The notes under the pieces were generated by a model, which searched no databases, was not told the DNA's origin, and worked only from the letters and a program-made list of their open reading frames with translations. DNA of 24,000 bases, from contig CAZXQO010000001.1 in the NCBI GenBank assembly GCA_964643075.1, forward strand, positions 106,961 to 130,960, written 5' to 3'. Position numbers and translations under genes: made by a program. Source of the stretch: an uncultured Peptococcaceae bacterium (GTDB taxonomy: Bacteria > Bacillota > Desulfotomaculia > Desulfotomaculales > Desulfocucumaceae). Shown here in pieces: positions 8,492 to 17,269 of the stretch (positions within the stretch are counted from its first letter, which is position 1; each line of letters begins with the position of its first letter).

Positions 8492-10099
8492 TTACCTCCT
8501 GGTCTTATTCTGGGGATTTTCTGGCTTCTGCCCTCTTCCGGCCCTTACCGGGTCCTGATGGCCGGTATCAAGGGGACGGCGGATCATGGCCCACCAGGGA
8601 ACCCTGATGAATGTGTCTTTTTGCCCCTGCCAGTTGGCCGGGGCAATGGGAGCCAGGTAAGGCACCCCGAAGGATCTCAGGGAAGCCATGTGCACAAACA
8701 GGATAAAGCCTCCCATCATCAGGCCGAAGAACCCGAGGCTGGCCGACAGCGCCATGATGGGGAACCTCAACAGGCGGACGGATAAACCAAAAACATAACC
8801 GGGAATGGTGAAGGAAGCAATGGCTGTGCCGGAAACGATGATCACCATGGCCGGCGACACAATGCTGGCCCTTACGGCGGCCTCGCCGATGACCAGCGCC
8901 CCCACGATACTGACGGCCTGGCCCACCGGCCGGGGCAAGCGGAGACCTGCTTCCCGAAGAATCTCAAAAGCAATTTCCATGATCAGCGCTTCAACAAAGG
9001 CCGGAAAGGGTACCCCCTGCCTGGCCGCGGCAAAGCTCAAAGCCAGGGTCGAAGGTAGCATTTCCTGGTGGAAGGTAGTGACGGCTATATAAAGAGACGG
9101 GAGAAAAAGGGCTACAAAAAAGCTAAAATACCTGAGCATCCTGATGAAAGACGCAAAGATAAATGTCTGGTAATAGTCCTCGGCTGACTGTAAAAATTGG
9201 ATGAAGGTGGCCGGAACAATCAAAGCCATGGGAGTGCCGTCGGTCAGGATAGCCACCCTACCCTCCAGCAGGGCGGCGGCGACCACATCCGGGCGTTCCG
9301 TGGTCTGGATGGTCGGAAAGGGAGAAAAAGGAGCGTCATTGATAAATTCCTCAATATAACCAGATTCAAGAATACCGTCGATTTTAATCCGCGCAATACG
9401 AGTTTTCACTTCGTCGATCAATTTTTTATCAGCCAACCCGTCCAGGTAAGCTATACAAATCTCGGTTTGAGTGATTGAACCGACGGTCAATTCTTCGAAT
9501 CTCAATTTCGGGTTTTTTATTCTCTGCCTGATCAAGGCGGTATTAAGCCGCAGGTTTTCTATAAAACCTTGCCGCGGGCCTCTGATCACAGCTTCCGTGA
9601 CAGGTTCCGACACGTTGCGGTGAACGCTGCCACTTCGGGCGGAGACGGCTATGGCCGCTTCCAGTCCCTGAACAAAAATAACCGTGTCGCCTGAAAGAAG
9701 ATAACTCAGTAGCTTTTGAAAAGAGTCTGTTTCCCTGACTGCAGTTATGGTGAGGGCATGCTCCTTAATCGTGTCGATGGCTGATTGCTTTAGCCTGGCC
9801 GGGTCAATATTCCGTGCTTCAAAGATCAGGGATTTGAGCACATTTTCGGCAATGCTGTCCGTGTCGGCCAAACCGTCAATATAGACAACCAGGGCCTGTA
9901 TTCCCGGCTTGCCGATTTTTACCTCACGATAAATGATATCCGGGCTGTCGCCTAAATAATTTTTCAAGGCCAGCCTGTTCTGTTCAAGATTATTGCTGAT
10001 GGGAATAAAGTCTTTATCCTGTTTCCGGTCAGGCGGTTGCATTCCCCTGCGGTTAAACTTGCGCTTCAAATTTTTAAAACCTTTGAACAATTTCGACAT
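8492..10099 (-). CDS. Spore germination receptor A subunit, copy 2 (paralog of 5644-7257)
   Basis: 535 aa, with AGGAG at 10112-10108 (8-nt spacer). It is collinear with copy 1. The membrane half is almost identical, while the first ~30 residues and scattered N-domain positions diverge. Confidence 0.92.
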   Translation of the reverse strand: MSKLFKGFKNLKRKFNRRGMQPPDRKQDKDFIPISNNLEQNRLALKNYLGDSPDIIYREVKIGKPGIQALVVYIDGLADTDSIAENVLKSLIFEARNIDPARLKQSAIDTIKEHALTITAVRETDSFQKLLSYLLSGDTVIFVQGLEAAIAVSARSGSVHRNVSEPVTEAVIRGPRQGFIENLRLNTALIRQRIKNPKLRFEELTVGSITQTEICIAYLDGLADKKLIDEVKTRIARIKIDGILESGYIEEFINDAPFSPFPTIQTTERPDVVAAALLEGRVAILTDGTPMALIVPATFIQFLQSAEDYYQTFIFASFIRMLRYFSFFVALFLPSLYIAVTTFHQEMLPSTLALSFAAARQGVPFPAFVEALIMEIAFEILREAGLRLPRPVGQAVSIVGALVIGEAAVRASIVSPAMVIIVSGTAIASFTIPGYVFGLSVRLLRFPIMALSASLGFFGLMMGGFILFVHMASLRSFGVPYLAPIAPANWQGQKDTFIRVPWWAMIRRPLDTGHQDPVRAGRGQKPENPQNKTRR

Positions 10100-10237
10100 G
10101 AGCCGTGCTCCTGTTGCCTGGGTTTCAGGTCTACGCGTATATTCACGCTGCAGTATGTGTTATTATTTACATCGGATGGTATTTATATGCAGCCATACTA
10201 CTAAATGCCTGCCATTATATTCAGAGGGATGCGGAGG

Positions 10238-10272
10238 TAAATAATAAAAATAAGCCGGTAAATATCCGGCTT
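10238..10272 (-). terminator. Rho-independent terminator ending the bio-fab operon
   Basis: On the minus strand, AAGCCGG (10272-10266) and CCGGCTT (10258-10252) form a stem with a 7-nt loop, followed by ATTTTTATTATTT. It lies about 130 nt downstream of the fabF stop and upstream of the gerXA2 leader. Confidence 0.7.
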
Positions 10273-10404
10273 TCTCAACTATATGGGGTAATGCCAGCAA
10301 AGCTAAAACAAAGGCAATTGATAGACAATTAGGAAAAGCCTTTTTGAAGGGGCAGTATAAGCCCGGAAGCATGCACCGGTCCCAAAAACATGGTCAACAA
10401 GCTG

Positions 10405-11643
10405 TTACTTCTTGACAATAATGCAGGCGTTATGCCCGCCGAAGCCGGAGGAGTTTGACATTGCCACTCTGATTTCTTTTTCTCTTGCCTTGTTTGCCGT
10501 GTAGTCCAGGTCGCACTCGGGGAGATCCGGATTCTCCAAATTTATAGTGGGCGGAACAAGGTTATAATTCATGGACAGCAGGCAGGCAATCAGTTCCACC
10601 GCCCCGGCGGCGCCCAGCAGGTGGCCGGTCATGGACTTGGTAGAACTGACGGCAAGCCGGAAAGCGGCAGAACCAAATACTTTTTTGATGGCCGCAGTCT
10701 CACATTTGTCATTCAGCAGAGTGGACGTGCCGTGAGCGTTTAGATAGTCTATCCGGGACGGTTCAAGGCGCGCTTCCCGCAAGGCATCGCTCATTGCGCG
10801 GGCCAGGCCGGATCCGTCCGGTAAAGGTGCGGTGATATGGTACGCGTCACTGTTCATACCGTACCCGGCAATCTCACCATATACCCTGGCGCCGCGGCGC
10901 AGCGCATGGTCCAGGGTTTCCAGCACCACCACACCGGCACCCTCGCCCATGATATAGCCGTCACGCTCCCGGTCAAAAGGCCTGCAGGCCCGCTCCGGCT
11001 CATCATTGCGGGTGGACATCGCCCTGGTAGCGCACGCCCCGGCAAACACGCAGGGGGTAAGCGGCGCCTCGCAGCCGCCGGCAACCACTACATCGGCGCC
11101 TCCACGCTGCAGTAATTGAAAGGCGCTGCCGATGGCTATGGTTCCCGAGGCACAGGCTGCCATAACAGTGTTGTTCGGTCCCCCGGCCCCGAGCATCATG
11201 GCAATAGCTGACGACGCGGTACCGCAAAAGTATTTTGCAAAAGGAGATATTCCGGAAAAATCAGAGCCGTTTTGCCAGGCCAGGTAAAAGTCTTCGACAG
11301 CTGCAACACCGCCGCGGCCTGTGCCGAGAATTACACCGATTTTCCCGGGATCCTCCTGCTCCAGGTCCAGTCCTGAGTCGTCAACAGCCTCTTTAGCCGC
11401 TGCCATGCCAAAATGCGCAAAGCTGCCAAACTGCTCCAGCAAGTGTCCGGGAACTGCTTTTTCCGGGTTGAAATCCTTTACTTCCGCCGCAATCCTGGTG
11501 GAAAAATGCGAGGTGTCAAAAATGGTAATGTGTTTAATCCCGCAAACCCCGGCGAAGAGATTTCCGGCAAATATTTTTTTGCCGCTGCCGATTGGCGATA
11601 CCACCCCGAGCCCTGTAACAACAACCCTGTTTTCCATGCTCAC
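10405..11643 (-). CDS. fabF: Beta-ketoacyl-ACP synthase II (FabF-type), encoded inside the biotin operon
   Basis: 412 aa. The N-terminus is NRVVVTGLGVVSPIG. The Cys-His-His triad contexts are AACASGTIAIG, NAHGTSTLLND and GHLLGAAG. The C-terminus SNSSGFGGHNACIIV is typical of KAS I/II. Its start overlaps the fabG stop by 4 nt. Confidence 0.9.
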   Translation of the reverse strand: MSMENRVVVTGLGVVSPIGSGKKIFAGNLFAGVCGIKHITIFDTSHFSTRIAAEVKDFNPEKAVPGHLLEQFGSFAHFGMAAAKEAVDDSGLDLEQEDPGKIGVILGTGRGGVAAVEDFYLAWQNGSDFSGISPFAKYFCGTASSAIAMMLGAGGPNNTVMAACASGTIAIGSAFQLLQRGGADVVVAGGCEAPLTPCVFAGACATRAMSTRNDEPERACRPFDRERDGYIMGEGAGVVVLETLDHALRRGARVYGEIAGYGMNSDAYHITAPLPDGSGLARAMSDALREARLEPSRIDYLNAHGTSTLLNDKCETAAIKKVFGSAAFRLAVSSTKSMTGHLLGAAGAVELIACLLSMNYNLVPPTINLENPDLPECDLDYTANKAREKEIRVAMSNSSGFGGHNACIIVKK

Positions 11644-12419
11644 ACGACCCTGCAGTCAACGTTAAACACCTGCGATGAAATATACTCCGCTTCCTTTGAG
11701 GCCAGGAAAGAAACCATAGCGGCCACTTCTTCAGGAAGACAGAGACGGCCCAGGGGAACCCTTTCCAGAATTTTTGCCCTTGCTTGCTCCGTAAGGCAGC
11801 CGGTCATGCCGGTTTCAGTGAAGCCGGGCGCCACCGCATTGACAGTTACCTGCCAGGGCGCCAGTTCCTGCGCCAGGGACTTGGAGAAGGCGATCACTCC
11901 AGCCTTGGCTGCCGCGTAATTGGCCTGTCCCCTGCGGCCCTGCTGGCCGACAATGGACGCGATGTTTATGATACGTCCCGCCCGCTGCTTGCGCATGGTC
12001 TTTAACACCGCCTTGCTGCACAAAAAGACACCTTTCAGGTTGGTGTCGATTACTTCATCCCATGCTTCCTCGGTCATGCTTTGAACCAGGGCGTCCCGTG
12101 CTATCCCGGCGTTATTCACCAGGACATCGATACGGCCAAATTTCTCCACGGTTGCTCCTGCCATTTTTACAACTTCGCTGTAATCGGCCACGTCGGCGCG
12201 GACAGCTACCGCCTGGGCACCCATTTGACTGATTGCTTGGACGACCGAGCCGGCAGCTTGCTCATCATTTTTATAATTCACTACTACAGAAAAACCGTCC
12301 CGGGCAAGCCTGCAGGCAATGGCCGCCCCGATGCCGCGGGATGCCCCGGTTACTATTGCTGCTCTGTTGATCTCTTGCACGGTCCCATCCCCTTCCCGGT
12401 CACCCGTTGATATTGGCAA
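11640..12419 (-). CDS. fabG: 3-oxoacyl-ACP reductase (FabG-type short-chain dehydrogenase)
   Basis: Motifs are TGASRGIG (cofactor binding), NNAG and YAAAKAG (YxxxK). The track start is TTG at 12419, overlapping fabZ by 20 nt. GTG at 12378 is an alternative start that would give a more typical N-terminus (VQEINRAAIVTGASRGIG). Confidence 0.9.
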   Translation of the reverse strand: MPISTGDREGDGTVQEINRAAIVTGASRGIGAAIACRLARDGFSVVVNYKNDEQAAGSVVQAISQMGAQAVAVRADVADYSEVVKMAGATVEKFGRIDVLVNNAGIARDALVQSMTEEAWDEVIDTNLKGVFLCSKAVLKTMRKQRAGRIINIASIVGQQGRRGQANYAAAKAGVIAFSKSLAQELAPWQVTVNAVAPGFTETGMTGCLTEQARAKILERVPLGRLCLPEEVAAMVSFLASKEAEYISSQVFNVDCRVV

Positions 12420-12828
12420 GCGCGAAAAGAATCTCGGCTTCAGCCACCATGTTGCCGCCCACCGCCGCCCGGCATCTTCTCCTGCCGAACCTTCCTTTCA
12501 TCCTGACGATTTCGGCTTCAACCCGGATTTCTTCACCCGGCAACACTTCCGTGTAAAAGCGGGCGTTTTCTATCCCGGTGAGCAGCGTGATTTTACCCCG
12601 GTTTCCGGGGAGACTTAAAACGGCCACCGCCCCTATCTGCGCCATTGACTCCAGCAACAGCACAGGTGGTACTGCCTGCACGCAGCGCTCCCCCGGCAAG
12701 CAGCTTGCAGAAGCATATATCCTTTTAATCCCAACGGCGCGTTTTCCCGGCTCCAATTCTACAATTTCATCTACCATGAGAAAAGGGGATCTGTGTGGTA
12801 TGATGCTTTCAATAAACTGTCTATCCAT
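12400..12828 (-). CDS. fabZ: 3-hydroxyacyl-ACP dehydratase (FabZ-type hot-dog fold)
   Basis: 142 aa with an AGGGGGA RBS. IIPHRSPFLMVDEIVELEPGK contains the catalytic His context, and LLLESMAQIGAV the Glu context. The gene starts 20 nt after the bioF stop. Confidence 0.85.
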   Translation of the reverse strand: MDRQFIESIIPHRSPFLMVDEIVELEPGKRAVGIKRIYASASCLPGERCVQAVPPVLLLESMAQIGAVAVLSLPGNRGKITLLTGIENARFYTEVLPGEEIRVEAEIVRMKGRFGRRRCRAAVGGNMVAEAEILFALANING

Positions 12829-12848
12829 CTAAAAATCCCCCTAAACAT

Positions 12849-14015
12849 CTAAATGATGCCAAGCCGCCTGCCCGCCCGATCAAAGACCAGGAGGGCACTG
12901 TCCAAGTCTTCCCGGGTGTGGGCGGCCATGACAGTCACCCTGATTCTGCTCGTACCCTGCGGCACTGTGGGCGGCCGGATGCCCGGGGCGAATACGCCCC
13001 CGTCCTGCAGTTCCCGGGCAAGTCGCATGGTTTCCGCAGCGTCTCCGATAAGTATGGGTATGATGGGAGATTCATAGTCAGGCACGTTATATCCCAGTTT
13101 TTTTAATTCACCCCTCAAATACCTGGCGTTTCTCCACATCTGTTGCCTGATTTCAGGCCGCCGCTGCACAATGCGCAAGGAAGCCAGGGCGGCGCCCACC
13201 GCAGCCGGCGGCGGTGCGGTGGAAAAAATAAAGCTCCGGGCCTTATTTTTCAGGTAATCCACCAGTTCCCGGGTACCGGCAACGTAAGCCCCGGAACTGC
13301 CCAGCGCCTTGCTGAGAGTCCCCATTTGAACCTGGATCTTGCCCTCAAGCCCGTAATGCTCCACGCTGCCCGCGCCCCGCCGGCCGAAAACCCCGGTGCC
13401 GTGGGCCTCATCCACCATCACCATGGCGCTGTGGCGATCCGCCAGTACCGCTATATCCGGCAGCGGCGCCAGGTCGCCGTCCATGCTGAATACTCCGTCC
13501 GTGACAATCAAACGCCGCCTTTTGTCCCGGGATTCCGCCAGTATTTCTTCCAGGTGCCCGGTGTCCCTGTGGCGGTATACTTTTACCTCAGCCCGGCTCA
13601 GGCGGGCTCCGTCTATAATGCTGGCGTGGTTTAACTCATCGCTGATAACTGCATCGCCCCTGCCGGCCAGCGCCTGGATTACCCCCAGGTTTGCCGTATA
13701 ACCGGAGCCGAACAGTATCGCCCCGGCGGAGTTTTTAAATGAAGCTATTTCCTGCTCCAGTTCCTCGTGCAGAGCGTAATTGCCCGTGGTCAGCCGCGAT
13801 CCGCCGGCCCCCGCGCCCCAGCGCTCAATAGCTTCCCTGGCGGCCTCCTTCACCTCCGGGTGCTCGGTCAGCCCCAGGTAATTGTTGGAGGAAAGAAGGA
13901 TGCACTCTTTACCTTCTATTACCGTCCTGGGAGACTGGGGCCCGTCAAGACGCCGCGCCTGCCGGTAGAGGTCTTTCTGAACAAGTTCTTTGAGCTCATT
14001 CGCCAGAAAGTTCAT
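12849..14015 (-). CDS. bioF: 8-amino-7-oxononanoate synthase
   Basis: 388 aa, alpha-oxoamine synthase pattern: LSSNNYLGL, GSGYTANLG, DELNHASIIDG, DEAHGTGVFG and the PLP lysine context GTLSKALG. Its start overlaps the bioW 3' end by 20 nt. Confidence 0.9.
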   Translation of the reverse strand: MNFLANELKELVQKDLYRQARRLDGPQSPRTVIEGKECILLSSNNYLGLTEHPEVKEAAREAIERWGAGAGGSRLTTGNYALHEELEQEIASFKNSAGAILFGSGYTANLGVIQALAGRGDAVISDELNHASIIDGARLSRAEVKVYRHRDTGHLEEILAESRDKRRRLIVTDGVFSMDGDLAPLPDIAVLADRHSAMVMVDEAHGTGVFGRRGAGSVEHYGLEGKIQVQMGTLSKALGSSGAYVAGTRELVDYLKNKARSFIFSTAPPPAAVGAALASLRIVQRRPEIRQQMWRNARYLRGELKKLGYNVPDYESPIIPILIGDAAETMRLARELQDGGVFAPGIRPPTVPQGTSRIRVTVMAAHTREDLDSALLVFDRAGRRLGII

Positions 14016-14889
14016 AGTCAGGCGCCCCCCCGGTGCTGATATTTTTTACAAACATTTGATAGGACATTTCAGCGTTGATCTTACCCAGTGCTGTAATAAG
14101 ACAGGGCTCTTTCTCCAGCTGCCTGAACGTTTCCGTCAGCCGGCCGCTGCCGGAGTCAAAGAAAAACACTCTGCCCCCACAGTCGCTGCCCTTCTCCTTT
14201 AGAGGACAAATCCGGACGTAACCCAGGCGCGGTGAGGCGACATATCCGGTAGTATAGCCAGGGTCGTCCGACCAGCACAATTCAGCTATGATTGAGGTTA
14301 CGGAGGCCACCTTGGTGGCAAGGCAAAGGGCTTCCCTCACATGGTCGTTGTCAAGGCCCTGCCCGGCCAGCTTTGGCGAGAGTTCTACGGCAACCGAAGG
14401 GTGATAATCCATGTACGACACCCGTACCCCCCTGCCGGCGTCCGACTCAAGCCGGCAGCCCGTATGTACGTCCATCAGGACGGCGCCGCGCATATTTCTT
14501 CCTGATGCAGCCGTTCCTTCCAGGAGGCAGTTTACCGCCAGGCGTGCCGCCTCCGGGTCAACCCCGGCCAGTTCAAGCACCCTCCGGGCCAGGAGGAGCC
14601 CTTCCCCACAGTTCCCTGCCCGCAGCGTGTATACGGGGAGGGAAGTAAGCTCCTTTATTTTCATACCCGACAGGGATTCTATTTTAATGTTGATAAAGTC
14701 AGGCCGGCCCCGCTCGTGCCCCTGTGCCCGGCGGGCCATCATCTCCGCAACGGCTGCCACTTCTGCTGCCGGCACAATACGCTCGGCCCCCGAGATATGC
14801 CTGCCTCCTGCTTCATGCGGGCCGCCCTGCGCTGCGCGCATTTTTACGCTGAACAGGTTGTGCAATTTCATCCCCCGCTTGTTTTTCAC
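13996..14889 (-). CDS. bioW: 6-carboxyhexanoate-CoA ligase (pimeloyl-CoA synthetase)
   Basis: FSVKMRAAQGGPHEAGGRHISGAERIV, RGRPDF, GVRVSYMDY, AELCWSDDPGYTTGYVA and GGRVFFF are collinear with my recollection of B. subtilis BioW. The true start may be the second Met (MKLHNLF). The C-terminal tail is roughly 25-30 aa longer than I recall for B. subtilis BioW. Confidence 0.88.
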   Translation of the reverse strand: MKNKRGMKLHNLFSVKMRAAQGGPHEAGGRHISGAERIVPAAEVAAVAEMMARRAQGHERGRPDFINIKIESLSGMKIKELTSLPVYTLRAGNCGEGLLLARRVLELAGVDPEAARLAVNCLLEGTAASGRNMRGAVLMDVHTGCRLESDAGRGVRVSYMDYHPSVAVELSPKLAGQGLDNDHVREALCLATKVASVTSIIAELCWSDDPGYTTGYVASPRLGYVRICPLKEKGSDCGGRVFFFDSGSGRLTETFRQLEKEPCLITALGKINAEMSYQMFVKNISTGGAPDYELSGE

Positions 14890-15851
14890 ATAACTTCAAG
14901 GCCCAGGTCCTCCAGCATTTTCAGGTCGTCCTTAACCTGCCTGCCGCCGGTGGTTAGGTAGTTGCCCACCATTATTCCGTTAACGCCCGACATGAGCGCC
15001 ACCGACTGCAGGTCCCTAAGAGCGGCCTCTCTCCCGCCGGCCAGCCGCAGCACAGCCCCGGGCAGCACCAGTCTGAACATGGCCGTAGTTTTTAATGCTT
15101 CCAGCGGAGCGGGCGCCGGCTGTCCCCAGAGAGGCGTCCCCTCGATGGGAGTCAGGAGGTTCAGCGGGACGGAAGTTATGCCCATTTCCTTTAATTGAAA
15201 AGCCATTTCCACCCGGTGCTCCCATTTTTCGCCCAGGCCGATAATCCCGCCGGAGCAGGCAGTTAGCCCGGCTTCCCTGACGGAGTTAATCGTCTCAACC
15301 CTTTCCTCGAAGGAATGGGTACCGCAAATCTCAGGGTAATAGCTTTTGGATGTCTCAATGTTATGGTGGTACATAGAAACTCCTGCTTCTTTCAGGCGCA
15401 AGGCCTTTTTATGATCAATAATGCCCAGGGAAGCGCAAAGGCCGAGCCCTGTATTTTCTCTCAGGGTCTTATAAATGTCGATTATCTTATCAAAGTCCCC
15501 GCCCAGGATGCCCCTGCCGCTGGTTACCAGGGAAAACCGGCGGGCGCCCTTTGACTCCATTAGCTTTGCCCTCTCCAGTATTTCTTCCACAGAAAGAAGC
15601 GGGTAAATGGGTGCCCCGGTACGGTAATGCGACGACTGGGCGCAGAAGGTGCAGTCCTCGGAGCAATGGCCGGACTTTGCGTTTATAATCGAGCAGAGGT
15701 CCACTTTGTTGCCGTGAAAGTGCCGCGACACCTGCTGGGCCGCCCACAGGAGCTCGCTCAGGCCCTGACCCGTCAATTCTCCCAGGGCAATGGCCTCAGC
15801 CGGGGTGATTTCCCCCCCGGATAAAATCTTTCCTGTCATTTCAGCAATCAT
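14886..15851 (-). CDS. bioB: Biotin synthase (radical SAM)
   Basis: The CSEDCTFCAQ motif (CxxxCxxC) is present, with YHHNIETS and a length of 321 aa. There are 4-nt overlaps with both bioA and bioW. Confidence 0.95.
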   Translation of the reverse strand: MIAEMTGKILSGGEITPAEAIALGELTGQGLSELLWAAQQVSRHFHGNKVDLCSIINAKSGHCSEDCTFCAQSSHYRTGAPIYPLLSVEEILERAKLMESKGARRFSLVTSGRGILGGDFDKIIDIYKTLRENTGLGLCASLGIIDHKKALRLKEAGVSMYHHNIETSKSYYPEICGTHSFEERVETINSVREAGLTACSGGIIGLGEKWEHRVEMAFQLKEMGITSVPLNLLTPIEGTPLWGQPAPAPLEALKTTAMFRLVLPGAVLRLAGGREAALRDLQSVALMSGVNGIMVGNYLTTGGRQVKDDLKMLEDLGLEVM

Positions 15852-17224
15852 CGCGATACCTCACCGGTTACTTTTTCTATGGCGTCATAGGTAATGTCCA
15901 GTACTCTTGTCAGCTCTGCTATGCTCATGGCAAGAATGGGCATCAGCACTATAACGTTGCCCAGCGGCCGGATGACCAGCCCGTTTTTCCTGGCTTCCAG
16001 GATTACCCTGTGGCCTATATTTTCCTCCGAAGGGTAGGGCTTCTTGTCTTTTTTGTCCTCAACCAGCTCGATTCCCGCTATCATGCCCCTCTGCCTGACA
16101 TCCCCCACGTGGGAAAGGTCGGCAAAGCGTTGCAACCCCTGCTCCAGGAAGGCTATTTTCCCGTCCAGCGCTTTGATTAGTTCTTCCTCTTCAAAGAGCC
16201 TGATGCTGGCCAGGGCTGCAGCACAAGCCACCGGGTTTCCGGTATAGGTATGGCCGTGAAAAAATGTCTTACTGTCCCGTTGTTCACCCAGGAAGGAGCT
16301 ATAAACCTCGTCCGTGGCCATAGTAACAGCCAGAGGAAGGTAGCCGCCGGTGATACCTTTGGCCAGGCACATCAGGTCGGGGACCACTTCCTCATGCTCG
16401 CAGGCGAACATTTTCCCGGTCCGTCCGAACCCCACAGCCACTTCGTCGGCTATCAGAAGGATGTTGTAGCGGGTACAAAGCTCCCTCACCTTTTTCTGGT
16501 ACCCTTCCGGCGCCGTAATCATCCCCGCCGCGCCTTGTACCAGCGGCTCCACGATCATGGCGGCTATTTCCCCGTTGCTTTTCGCCATCACCTCTTCCAC
16601 TTTGCCCGCGCAGGCCATGCCGCAGGATGAACGGGAAAGCCCCATGGGACAACGGTAGCAATACGGCGCAGGAACATGGATGCGCTCAAACAGAAGGGGA
16701 CGGAAAATATCGTGGAAAAGGTCCATCCCGCCCACGCTTACGGAACCGATGGTGTCGCCGTGATAGGCCTCTCCCAGGGAGATGTAGCGGGTTTTATCCC
16801 GATACGCGCCTCCGTCTTTCTGCTTCCAGTACTGGAAGGCCATCTTCAGTGCAATTTCCACGGCTGTAGACCCGCTGTCGGAATAAAAAACCCTGTTCAG
16901 GCCCGGCGGAGTCAGCTCCACCAGCTTTTTCGCCAGCAGAATGGACGGCACGTTGGCCAGCCCCAAAAGGGTTGAGTGGCAAATGCTGTCCACCTGCTCC
17001 TTTATGGCATCATTTAGTTCTTTTTTATTGTGGCCGTGAACGGTCACCCAGAGGGATGATATCCCGTCCAGGTATCGTCTACCCTCTGTATCTATAAGGT
17101 AGCTTCCATCTCCCCGTTCAATCACCAGGGGTTTCATCTTTATGTATTCCTGCATTTGGGTGAATGGGTGCCAGATATACTGGTGGTCCCATTGTTCAAG
17201 AAGCTCTTTTGTATAATGTTCCAT
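15848..17224 (-). CDS. bioA: Adenosylmethionine-8-amino-7-oxononanoate aminotransferase
   Basis: 458 aa, class-III aminotransferase pattern: IWHPFTQM, FYSDSGSTAVEIALKMA, LIADEVAVGFGRTGKMFA, PDLMCLAKGITGGYLPL and HGHTYTGNP. Confidence 0.95.
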   Translation of the reverse strand: MEHYTKELLEQWDHQYIWHPFTQMQEYIKMKPLVIERGDGSYLIDTEGRRYLDGISSLWVTVHGHNKKELNDAIKEQVDSICHSTLLGLANVPSILLAKKLVELTPPGLNRVFYSDSGSTAVEIALKMAFQYWKQKDGGAYRDKTRYISLGEAYHGDTIGSVSVGGMDLFHDIFRPLLFERIHVPAPYCYRCPMGLSRSSCGMACAGKVEEVMAKSNGEIAAMIVEPLVQGAAGMITAPEGYQKKVRELCTRYNILLIADEVAVGFGRTGKMFACEHEEVVPDLMCLAKGITGGYLPLAVTMATDEVYSSFLGEQRDSKTFFHGHTYTGNPVACAAALASIRLFEEEELIKALDGKIAFLEQGLQRFADLSHVGDVRQRGMIAGIELVEDKKDKKPYPSEENIGHRVILEARKNGLVIRPLGNVIVLMPILAMSIAELTRVLDITYDAIEKVTGEVSR

Positions 17225-17269
17225 TATCTCTCCTCCGTTAGTTGTCTATCATTCATTTTCTTTTGTAAA

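Larger units (their letters stand above)
4526..10194. repeat. Tandem direct duplication with a period of about 2.84-2.85 kb. Copy 1 is gerXB1+gerXA1+leader (about 4526-7349). Copy 2 is gerXB2+gerXA2+leader (about 7370-10194).
   Basis: The A starts (7257 and 10099) are offset by 2842 nt and the B stops (4526 and 7370) by 2844 nt. Both leaders share the blocks CTGCATA..AAA..CATCC, AATAAC.CATA and CTGAAA..CAGGCA.CAGGAGCA..GG..CATG. A 95-nt run is perfectly identical between 6014-6108 and 8862-8956. Confidence 0.9.

Noticed and set aside
10105-10372. Small ORFs (75 aa on the + strand, 69 aa on the - strand) in the fabF-gerXA2 intergenic region
   Set aside because: They run through the operon terminator hairpin and the gerXA2 leader, lack RBSs and have implausible composition.
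12853-17000. Numerous 60-160-aa ORFs on both strands within the bio genes (for example 13143-13634, 14411-14893, 16250-16630)
   Set aside because: All overlap well-supported bio coding frames, are Arg/Pro/Gly/Ala-rich as expected for off-frame GC-rich DNA, and lack start signals.
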